A DNA stretch of 32,000 bases from Candidatus Saccharimonadota bacterium (lineage in GTDB: Bacteria > Bacillota_I > Bacilli_A > Mycoplasmatales > Hepatoplasmataceae), in contig NZ_CP006932.1 in NCBI RefSeq assembly GCF_000582535.1, positions 450,001-482,000 of the forward strand. The letters are read 5' to 3'. Position 1 is the first letter of the stretch. Each line of letters starts with the position of its first letter. Position numbers and translations under genes: made by a program. Shown here piece after piece: positions 9,510 to 18,772 of the stretch. Under the pieces are notes generated by a model, which worked only from the letters and a program-made list of their open reading frames with translations, had not been told where the DNA came from and did not search any database.

Positions 9510-11477
9510 TTATATATTTTTAGTAGCAAAATTTATTTCACTAATTAATAATTCAAAATCATAATTATATTGTGCAATAAATTCTTTTAATCGCTGAAAG
9601 ATTGCAACCATTAATAAAGTATCATAACAGCAATATTTAAGCATTGCATTTCTTACATTTAATCAATTATCATCATAATAACTATTATTTTGAATAAGTC
9701 AAATTTTTGCTTGCTTTGCTGATTGATCTCCTTTTTGCACTCTTATATCTAAATCTTTATAGCTAATATCAGGAACAAAATGTGGACCAACAACTTTTAT
9801 TGAATATGATCCTAAAAAATCCGGAGAGTAATATCAATAATTTGCAAAAGGTTCCATCATATCTAATGTTTCTTCATAAATTTTTAACAAAAAGGAAAAT
9901 TTATCTTTTTTCTTATATTCTACTCTATTAATATAATTTGATATTATTGTTTTTTCGAATTGTTTATTATATGAAACATAACTTCCTGGTCCATATTTTT
10001 GCATATCTTTTGTAAAATTACTTCAAAAATCTTCGTAAAAATCTTTATTATCTTTTGCAAGTCATTCTAAATGAATAATATTTTTCCCTGATTTGAAATC
10101 AAAATCATCCTTATCTAAAATTATATGAATAGAATATTGATAAGGAACTTGTTCATAAGTAGACATATTCTTAACTCTTGGAATTGCTTGTGAAACTGTT
10201 TCAAAATCATACATATAAATAACTTTTTTATAAATTTGTAAATGATTTAAAATTTTATAATTTAAAATAAAGTTTTCATTACTTAGAATTGCATTCTTCT
10301 GAATAATTCTTTTAAATTTTTTTGAATTATTATTTTTATTTAAAAAATTAATGAAATTTTTATTTTTCAAAATATTAAAATCTTTTACTTTTAAAAAATT
10401 TTTAATATTCTCTTCCAATTTTTGAGTTGATAAATTAGAAATTAATTGTAAATTTTCAATTTGATCAATATTTTTAATTCCTATATTAAAAAAGTTCCCT
10501 TTTCTTTTATTATTGAATCAACTATCTCCTCCTAATAAAAAAATACTTTTTTCATCACTGATTCCCATATATTTAAGGAAAAAGGGAAAATATTCAGAAT
10601 CTAAATAATTAAAATTTCTTCCCTCGAAATGATCTTTTTTTGGCAACTTATCTTTTTTTTGATTAATTTTTATCTTTTCTAAAAAATTATCAAAATCATT
10701 AAATATTTCAAAATAATCTTGATGATTAAAAATTTCTCTTATTAAAAAACCCTTTCCTTCTTCAATTGCTTTTTTTAGATCCTTCGGTTTTGAATTAAAA
10801 TAACGATCATGTTCTTGAAAAAGATTTAATAAATTAAATTCAATTAATTCATTAATTTGTAAATCTTCTTTGTTTTGAAAAAGTTTAAAATTATTATTTA
10901 AAATTGTTAATTTCAAAATTCAATTATCAATATCATAACCATTTTTTTGCAAAATTTTTGCTTGAAACATAATATCAAGAGCATGATATTCTAAACAATT
11001 TGTAATTGCTTTTACTTCACATAATTTAAATTTTCCATTTTTATTAATAATTACATCTGTTCTTATTTTAAAACCATTGTAAACAAATGCTCCTTCAAAT
11101 AAAATAAAATTTTTTTCCTTTTGCATAATTTCAAATGTTTTTTTTACAAGATTATCAAATCCTAATTCTTCTAAACTGAAATCATAAATTTTAAAATTAT
11201 CTTTCTGATATTTATTAATATAGTATTTTTTTGATCAATCAGAGACATCATTCCCATCAATAATTGTTGTTGGTAATTCAAATTCAGAGATATTTAAATT
11301 TTTGTTTTTTAACCTCTTGTAACGATAATAAGATAATTTTTTTAAGTCTTCATATTGTTGTGCTGCTTTTAAATAATTATTGTCATCTGTAAGTCAAGCA
11401 AAAAAATCTCCTTTTAAATAGTTTAAAAAAGTATATTTTGTAAGGCTTTGGTTTTCGTTTTTAAAATTAAAATTCAT
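9510..11477 (-). CDS. DUF2779-like protein: N-terminal PD-(D/E)XK-type nuclease motif plus C-terminal DEDD-like exonuclease motifs
   Basis: ATG at 11477. Track fragments 10920..11126, 10518..10916 and 10062..10418 are in one frame, joined by TGA. I checked 11127-11477 and 10419-10517 codon by codon. TAA at 9510-9512, 655 aa. Motifs: FEGAFVYNGFKIRTDVIINKNGKFKLCEVKAITN (D...E-x-K), YMYDFETVSQAIPRV...VPYQYSIHII, and KYCCYDTLLMVAIFQRL near the C-terminus. Confidence 0.6.
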
Positions 11478-11497
11478 AATATTTTCTATAAAATTTG

Positions 11498-11520
11498 ATT
11501 ATAATTAGAATAATTATAAT
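11498..11520. promoter_or_regulatory. two copies of the self-complementary -10-like octamer ATTATAAT in the divergent rpsT / DUF2779 intergenic region
   Basis: ATTATAAT occurs at 11498-11505 and 11513-11520, and it is its own reverse complement. The copies lie 72-94 nt upstream of the rpsT ATG and 21-43 nt upstream of the minus-strand ATG at 11477. Chance occurrence is likely in DNA this AT-rich. Confidence 0.25.
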
Positions 11521-11591
11521 AGAATTTAATTTATATTAAGAGTTTTAAAAAAACAGAAAATATTTTAAATATAGATAGCGGAGAATTATTA

Positions 11592-11834
11592 ATGGCTAAT
11601 ATAAAATCAAAAGAAAAACGTAGAAAACAAGACGATAAAAAATACTTAAGAAATAAATCACAAAAATCAAAAATTAAGACAGCAATTAAAAAAGCAAAAC
11701 AATACCCAACAGCAGAAAATAAAAATTATGCAGTTAAATTAATTGATCAAGCAGTAACATCGGGATTATTTCATAAAAATAAAGCAGCAAGATTAGTATC
11801 TAGCATTCAATCACTAAACGAAATTACTAAGTAA
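11592..11834 (+). CDS. rpsT: 30S ribosomal protein S20 (bS20)
   Basis: MANIKSKEKRRKQDDKKYLRNKSQKSKIKTAIKKA...GLFHKNKAARLVS, the typical bS20 sequence and size (80 aa). GGAG lies at 11580-11583, 8 nt upstream of the ATG. This is the only plus-strand gene. Confidence 0.93.
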   Translation: MANIKSKEKRRKQDDKKYLRNKSQKSKIKTAIKKAKQYPTAENKNYAVKLIDQAVTSGLFHKNKAARLVSSIQSLNEITK

Positions 11835-11842
11835 ATTTAAAG

Positions 11843-11870
11843 AAAAAAGAGAATTAATATTCTCTTTTTT
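11843..11870. terminator. rho-independent terminator between convergent rpsT and the GntR-family gene (bidirectional)
   Basis: The hairpin is aaaagagaat (11845-11854), a taat loop, then attctctttt (11859-11868). It is extendable by flanking A/T pairs and has T-runs on both strands. It lies 9 nt after the rpsT stop and 3 nt after the minus-strand stop at 11873. Confidence 0.6.
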
Positions 11871-11872
11871 CT

Positions 11873-12562
11873 TTAAAAAATAATATTTTTAATATGTTCT
11901 ATTTTAAAATAATTAGGAAATGTTTTTACCAAACTAAATCCTATTAGATTTTCATTTTTATCAAAAAAATAATTAAAAGTAGTTGGATAATATTGATTAT
12001 TACTATTGAATAAAAATTTATCAAATTTAGTTTGCTTTGTAAGAATACTTTTATGATAAATTTTTTTAATCAACTTTTCATCAAATAATCTTTTCTTTCC
12101 TTGTCTTATAAGTTCTTCTTCTGTTAGTTTTAATTTATTTAAATTTAAAATTCAATTTATTGTATAGAAAACTGTCTGTTCTCCATTAAAATAAAGTTTT
12201 ATATATTTTAAAAATTCTTCATCTTTATATTCAAAAGGAAAAGGGGAATTTATTTTTATTATTATTGGAATCTTATAATTTATTGAATGACGAGAAAATT
12301 CTTTATAAAAATCTTTATTACTCGAAATTGAATTAAAATTAAATTTTAAATCAGAAAAAGCTGAAACATAAACACCTTTTCCTTGTATTGAAAATAAAAT
12401 ATTTTGATTTACTAAATAAGTAATAGCTTTTCTAATTGTTTCTTTAGAGCAATTAAATTCTTCTAAAAATTCTCTTTCTGTTAAAATTCTTTCTTTTTGC
12501 TTTAGTTTTCCATTTTTTATATTTAATAATATTTTCTCTATTATCTCTTGTCGGTTTACCAT
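11873..12562 (-). CDS. GntR-family (HutC/UTRA-like) transcriptional regulator
   Basis: The N-terminal winged HTH is LTEREFLEEFNCSKETIRKAITYLVNQNILFSIQGKGVYV. Track ORFs 12152..12562 and 11873..12073 are in one frame, joined through TGA at 12152-12154. TAA at 11873-11875, 229 aa. Assigning the ~150-aa C-terminal domain to UTRA is an inference from size only. Confidence 0.8.
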
Positions 12563-12591
12563 TTTTTTATATTACTATTTTTTTATAAAAA

Positions 12592-12600
12592 ATTATAACA
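12592..12600 (-). promoter_or_regulatory. extended -10 element TGTTATAAT upstream of the GntR-family gene
   Basis: The minus strand reads ...TTAGCAAAAATTTAAATGTTATAATTTTTT..., with the TGnTATAAT element 29 nt upstream of the ATG at 12562. The -35-like TTAGCA is only 13 nt away, which is non-canonical spacing. Confidence 0.35.
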
Positions 12601-12613
12601 TTTAAATTTTTGC

Positions 12614-12645
12614 TAATAAAAAATAGTCTTGTAATAACAAGACTA
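12614..12645 (-). terminator. rho-independent terminator downstream of the PTS EIICB gene
   Basis: The minus strand reads TAGTCTTG-TTATTA-CAAGACTA followed by TTTTTTATTAG: an 8-bp stem with G/C pairs, a 6-nt loop and a T6 run. It begins ~38 nt after the TGA-free stop at 12684. Confidence 0.65.
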
Positions 12646-12683
12646 TTTTATTTTCAACGTTAATTATTTTTGCTTTTTTCTGA

Positions 12684-14615
12684 TCACTCTTTATAAGTGA
12701 ATCCTTGTTTTTTTAGCATTTGTAATTCAACTTTGAATATATCTGCTTCTGCTCCAAAAATGACTTGCACTGATCCTCCGGATAATTTCATAATTCCTTT
12801 GGCTCCTAATTTTTTCTTAATGTTTTCTTCATCAATTTTTGAAACATCTACAACCGAAAGTCTTAAACGTGTAATACATGCATTAATAGATTTAAGATTA
12901 TCAAAATCACCTAAATATCCAAGTAAACTTACTGTTCTCTCAAAACGGGGATTACTTTCATCAAAATAACCTTTTCGACCTTTTGGTAAATTTTTATTTT
13001 CTTTTTTTGTATCTTTTGATTCAAGATAATCTTTTTTGCTTACTAATTTCATACTATCATCACTATCTCCACGTCCAGGTGTTTGAATATCAAATTTTAA
13101 AATATATCAACGGAAGAAGAAATAATAAATTGGCATATATATTATTCCAATAGGAATAATAATTCAAGCTGCAGTATTATATCCTGTTGCTAGAGGTAAA
13201 ATTCCATATAAACAATAATCAATAATTCCTCCAGAGAATGTCATTCCTGCTGATACTTGTAGTAAATCATCAACTCAGAATGAAATTCCACACATTATAA
13301 CGTGAAATATATAAAGCATCGGTGCTAAAAATAAGAATGTAAATTCAATAGGCTCTGTAATTCCTGTTAAAAATGTTGTAAGAACAGCTGCCCCTATTAA
13401 TGACATTGCCATTTCTCTATTTTCTTTTTTTGCACACATAATCATTGCAGCACCAGCAGCTGGTAGAGCAAATATCATAAATTGATATTTACCTTGTAAA
13501 TATTGACCCGGATGAGCCCCCGAAGTTATAAAATATACACATTCGTTTGTTCCACTATTAAAATCTAAATTCTGAGATGGTAAGAGATAATCATTTATAT
13601 TTGTAGATGCTCCCCCGGCAGCGTTTGGATCGAATACTCAATAATTATTTGACATTCCTGTTAAATTTAATATTGTATCATTAGCTTCCACTCAATATTG
13701 CGTATTCAAAGAATTATAATCTAATCCATAATTTTGAATAGCAAATCACATATTTTCATCACCTGCTGATACAACTAATTGTTGACCTGTTGATGGATCA
13801 ACAGCTATTATTTGTCCTCCTACAGATGTAAATCATAAAGGAGTATAAAAAGCATGATGCAATCCAAATGGAACTAAAGCTCGCTCAATAATTCCAAAAA
13901 GCAAAGCATCAAAACCATAATTCATTCCCAATAATAATTGACCAAATGAATCTAACCAAGTTCCAATTAAAGGCCAAGTAGCTAAAAATATAAAAGCTAC
14001 TAGAGGCATAAACATAAACGCTATGATTGGAACAGATCTCGTTCCATTAAAAAATCCTAAAAAATTAGGTAATCTTAATGTACTGAAACGATTATATAAT
14101 CACGCAGCAACAAACCCTACAGCAATCCCCCCAAACACAGATGTTTGTAAAGAAGTTATCCCTAAAGTTTGTCCCACAACCGAAGTTGGAACTTCATCAT
14201 ACCAAAGTATATGATAATTAATCAAAACTCCATTGGCATCAACATTTTCAAATATTAATACGGCTTGAGATACACAAAAAACCACATATCCTAAAAACCC
14301 TGTAAAAGCAGCAATTCCGGCATCATCCGTATATGCAATTGCAATCGCGACACAAAATAATGCCGGTAATGTTGCAAATATAATATTTCCAATATCACGC
14401 ATTATTATTGGAATTAGATATCACGGATTTGTTTCTTTATCTAAACCAACAGTATCAAATATATTAATTATCCCTGAACCTATACCTAGAAACAGTCCTG
14501 CAATTGGTAAAACTGCAATAGGGAGCATTAATCCTTTTGAAAGTTTAGATAAAAATCCACGTGCGCCTTCGCCTTTATAGTCTTTTTCACGACTATATTC
14601 GATATTTTTATCCAT
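12684..14615 (-). CDS. PTS system glucose-family EIICB component
   Basis: Five track fragments (14421..14615, 14100..14402, 13833..14015, 13275..13478, 12684..13052) are in one frame, joined by TGA. I checked the gaps codon by codon. 643 aa. EIIC landmarks: LMLPIAVLPIAGLFLGIG, NRFSTLRLPNFLGFFNGTRSVPII, GLHHAFYTPLW, FLTGITEPIEFTFLFLAP. The EIIB phospho-Cys motif is NACITRLRLSVVD. No EIIA domain. The sugar (glucose, GlcNAc or other) cannot be decided from sequence. Confidence 0.88.
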
Positions 14616-14647
14616 TTATATTCCTTTACATTTTTATAAAATTTAAA

Positions 14648-15088
14648 TTAATTTTTTTCAATTTGTTTTTTTTCAATATTTAAATCTTTTTCTTCAAGAT
14701 CATTTTTTTCTTTATTTTTACTATTCTTTGTGGAAATTATTCGATAATTTCTTCATTTTGCAAAATATCTTTTCATAAATATTGCAAAAAATTGCAAAAC
14801 TATATAAATAACACCACAAGTGATAATTGCTGTTCTATGTAATTCTTCATCTACATTTAAAATTACATTATATGCGTCAACACCAATTAAAATAATGATC
14901 GTTGGAAAAATAATCATAAATAAAATTCGTGAAAAAATTGTAAAAAAACGATATCAAAAATAACCGCTTTTAGGTTTAATTTTTTTATCAATTTTAGATA
15001 CAAATTTATTAATAGAATTTTTACATTTCTGATATACTAATTTAATTTTTTTGTTTATACTAACAAAAAAGTTTTTTATTTTTGACAT
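14648..15088 (-). CDS. hypothetical small membrane protein
   Basis: The ATG at 15088 is preceded by GAGGAAATAA (a good SD). 146 aa, with two in-frame TGA codons. Two hydrophobic segments (FFTIFSRILFMIIFPTIIILIGV, AIITCGVIYIVLQFFAIFM). TAA at 14648-14650. Confidence 0.5.
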
Positions 15089-15197
15089 TTATTTCCTCAT
15101 TTTAATATATGGATCTATTAATTTTAAAAGCAACATCTTATTAAATTTAAATAGAATAAATATTTATTTCTCAAAATTTATAATTTTATTTATAAAA

Positions 15198-15506
15198 CTA
15201 AACTAATGCACTTATCGAAAGATAAAATAAACCTAATGATATTAATAAAAATAAAAACCCAATAAAAATTATTATGTGATATTTATATTCATATCAAAAT
15301 CCTTTAAAAGATCCAATTGATTTATTTTTTCTATCTCTTCTAACTCTTGAATTTCATTGTTCTCTTTTTTCTGAAAAATACATTCAAAAAAATCAAATAG
15401 TTAATATTAAAAAAACAAAAGCAATTATTATTTCTGTAATTGCAACTATCTGATCTTGATTACTTGTAGTTATACTTTCTAATAAGTTAAATTTACTAGT
15501 TAACAT
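15198..15506 (-). CDS. hypothetical small membrane protein
   Basis: ATG at 15506, 102 aa, four in-frame TGA codons, TAG at 15198-15200. Hydrophobic segments IVAITEIIIAFVFLILTIWFFW and IIIFIGFLFLLISLGLFYL. TATAAT lies 20 nt upstream. No homology recognised. Confidence 0.4.
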
Positions 15507-15565
15507 ATTTTTATCTATTTAAATTATAAGATATATTAATTTTAAATAAAATTAAATAATTTTAT

Positions 15566-17812
15566 TTAAAATTTATCACTTGTATAGACAAGATGATTAT
15601 TTTTTAATTTCTTATTTTTACCCAAATTATAATTAATATCTCTAAATCTTTCCCCTACTGGTTTATAACTATTAAAAAAATTATAACTTTTAAGTGAATC
15701 TTTTGAAATATAAAATAAAAGATCCTTGCTTTGTGAATTTTTTAATTCATTAATTCAATCTTTTACAATATTTACTGTTTCTAAATATTGACCATTATAA
15801 AAAAAAGTAATTCTTTTTGCAAATAATTGAATAAATTTAAGATTATTAACAAAAATTAAAATTGTAAATTTGTAATCTTGATTTATTATATTTAAATTTC
15901 TTACAATTTCAGATAATTTAATATTAAAATCATTTAAAAAATAATCATCAATTATTACTAAAGGACTATCAATTATCAATAAATTTAAAATTTGAATCAA
16001 AATTTTTTCATTTATATCTAATTTTTGATATTTTTTATTTAAAGATTGCTCTGATATATTTAGATATTTTAAAAAACTATTTAATCTTTCATCAAAGAGA
16101 TTTTTTTCAAATTTATTAAATTTAGTTTTATGAAATTTATTATATTCATTTACTACTTCTTCTAATTCTTTTTCAAGAATTAGAACTTGCTGATTTTTTT
16201 TCTCAATTGCCTTTTCATCAAATTCTATATCTTGCTCTTTAAAATCTTTAATAACATTTTTTATAAATTCCTTTTTTGTATTATTGAAAAACTGATTAGT
16301 TTTATTAATTAGAATTTTATTATCAAATAAAATCTTTCTTAATACTATTTTTCTTTTTCTAGAATCAGAAATTAATAAATTTAATTCTTTTTTTAAAATA
16401 AATCTTTGTAATTTTTTTCTATCAATTGAACTTTTTATTTGCCAATCATAATAATTTTTATATTTTTTATAAATTTCTTCTGTTTTTTGATCAATAATTT
16501 TATGAAATTTTTTTAAATAAGAAAAATCATAGAAAAAATATGCTTCTCCGAAAAAATCAACTAAATTAATAAAATAATTTCTTAAATTTTCTAATATAAA
16601 AACTTGATAATTATAGTGTTTGATATCTGCAAGATAAAGGTTTATTGAAAATTTATTATGATTTTTTAAGGATATATCTTCACGTATTTTTTTAATATCA
16701 AAAATCATATATTCTATTTCTTTAATTTTATTTCTTACATATAAACTAAGATAATTGTATGTAATTCGATTAATTTTTGTATTAATAATACTTTTTTGAA
16801 ATAAAAGATTATTAATATAATTTTGAAATTCTGAGATCTTTACTTTAATATTTTCTTTAATTTGATCACTATTTTTATTAATAATATTTAAAACATTATT
16901 TCAAATATATTCGATTTTTTCCTCTGAAAGATCAATTTTTTCTAAATTTTTTATTAATAAAAATAAACGCATTCTTATTGGATTTGCAATTAAAATATTA
17001 TTTTTCTCTCCACTTTCTAAAATTAACAATCTTATAAATCTTTTAATTTCATTTTTAATAATTAAAAAATCTCTTTGATCTAAAGAATATTTTTTAACTA
17101 ATAAAAATTCTTTTTTACTAAGAAAATATCATGATTTATTAAGATCCTTAAAAAAATATGATGTTTTTTTTCATTCTTCTTTCTTATTTTTAAGTTGATA
17201 TATATTAAAAAAATATTTTTTTTTGATATATTTTAAATTTCTTTTATATATATTTCTTTCTCGCTCAATTTTTATATCAATTAATGATAATTCTTCTTTT
17301 ATATTTAAGATATTAATTTCACTGTTTTTAAAATATTTTTTACCTTCATTTAAAGCAAAATCATTTGCTGCATCCTTTAAAGAAAAATTAGATTTAGATA
17401 ACTGATTTTTTTTCTTTTCAATTTTACTTTCTAAATCATTAATTTTACTTTTAAACTCTTTTAAATTTTTATTATATTTATTTCTTGCATAATCTGATTT
17501 TATAAATTTATAAAATAAATTAGTATAAGAAGTATGTTTTCCTGAATAATTTTTATTCAAAAGTAAATTTGCTTTGGAATATCTTTCCCCTTGATCAAAT
17601 ATAAATTCTTCTGTTTTTTTATTTTCATTTAAATTATCAATAAATAATCACTTTAATCTTTCAAGTTGTTCACGATCATCACTTAAAAAAGCATGAATTT
17701 CTCCTTTTTTAATATTTAATGTAAAATTGTTAATTATTAAATTAAAATTTTTATCACGAAAAGCAAGGTTATTAATTTTTAAGAACGAAGAATTATTTAA
17801 TTTGTTGGTCAT
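15566..17812 (-). CDS. OppF-like ABC ATPase homologue with degenerate catalytic motifs and ~480-aa helical insertion
   Basis: ATG at 17812. Track ORFs 17171..17560 and 15755..16708 share the frame. I checked 16709-17170 and 15566-15754 codon by codon: only TGA codons interrupt. TAA at 15566-15568, 748 aa. N-terminus: FLKINNLAFRDKNFNLIINNFTLNIKKGEIHAFLSDDREQLERL (the ABC beta1-beta2 pattern, but no P-loop). C-terminus: YQKLDINEKILIQILNLLIIDSPLVIIDDYFLNDFN...TILIFVNN...ITFFYNGQYLE (signature, Walker B and H-loop positions are present but substituted). Confidence 0.55.
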
Positions 17813-17821
17813 TTTAATTTC

Positions 17822-18727
17822 CTATTGATTAATTTTAGGTTTTATAAATTGTGTTAAATTTAAATCACTATATAATCAAGAATAAACAAAGTGATTTTCT
17901 TTAATTTCTTTTCTAATTGGCTTTAATAAAAGTTCAATATTTAAAATATAATTTTTATTAAAATCAAATAATTTTTTATTAAAATCATATTTTAAATCTT
18001 TAAAATATGAAAAGAATTTATCATAAATTAAATCTTGACTTTTCAAAACCACCTCTCAAGTAATCGGATGATAAGGATCTTCAATGATTTCTTTAATATC
18101 TCCACCTTCAACAATTCGATTATCAAAAATAACAATACATTCATCTACAATTGAACTTAATCAAGCAATATTTGATGAAATAATTAAAATTGTTAATTTA
18201 TTATGAAAACTATTTATAAATAATTTTAAATCTAAAATTTCGTTGGCGTTAAGATTTTTATCAATATTTTCTAAAATAATAAGTTCTTTTTCTAAAATAG
18301 AAGCTTTTAAAATTGCAAGTTTTATAAGCTCGTTTTTTTTAATCTCTTTTACATGCTTATAATGATAAGATGTTCCAATATTTCAATTAATCATTGTATA
18401 AAAATCAACTAAATTTTTATATGCAAGATCTTTGCTAAATTTAAAATTTAAAAGCAAATTTAAATAAACTTGTTTTCCAATTGTAAAATTTTTTTTAAAG
18501 GTAAAATTATTGCTTTCTGTAATATAACTATAATTTATTTTTTTAAATGATTCTTCTTTATTTATAATGCGAAAAAAGTTTGCAAAAAAACCATCATTAT
18601 CAACTTGTAAAAGACCAAGATAAGAATTTTTTTTTATTGCAAAGTCAAGATATTTAATTTCTTTTGTTTGATCTTTTAAATCAAGATGTTTGTAATTTTT
18701 TATTGTGAAAATAAAATCATTTTTCAT
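17822..18727 (-). CDS. OppD-like ABC ATPase homologue with degenerate catalytic motifs (retains HPYT-type C-terminal motif)
   Basis: Track ORF 18383..18727 continues through TGA. I checked 17825-18382 codon by codon. TAG at 17822-17824, 301 aa. Landmarks: IFTIKNYKHLDL...KYLDFAIKKNSYLGLLQVDNDGFF (P-loop position), ELIILENIDKNLN (Walker B position), LTILIISSN (H-loop position), IVIFDNRIVEGGDIKEIIEDPYHPITW (compare VMY.G.IVE....P.HPYT of the Opp/Dpp ATPases). Confidence 0.55.
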
Positions 18728-18772
18728 AAATAATAATTTTAAAATTATTAATATTATAATTTTTCTTTAAGA

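Noticed and set aside
15541-15570. A perfect 11-bp inverted repeat (tttaaataaaa / ttttatttaaa) overlapping the OppF-like stop codon, as a possible terminator.
   Set aside because: The stem is A/T only, is not followed by a T-run on the minus strand, and is expected by chance in this composition.
15566-17812. The ABC-type protein split by a long coiled-coil insertion could be an SMC/Rad50/RecN-like or defence-system ATPase (Lamassu-, Gabija- or PARIS-style).
   Set aside because: The N-terminal strand pattern and the C-terminal signature/Walker B/H-loop spacing fit transporter-type NBDs. The adjacent partner keeps the Opp-specific HPYT-like motif. Walker A is absent, which defence ATPases require. 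No nuclease or effector gene is adjacent.
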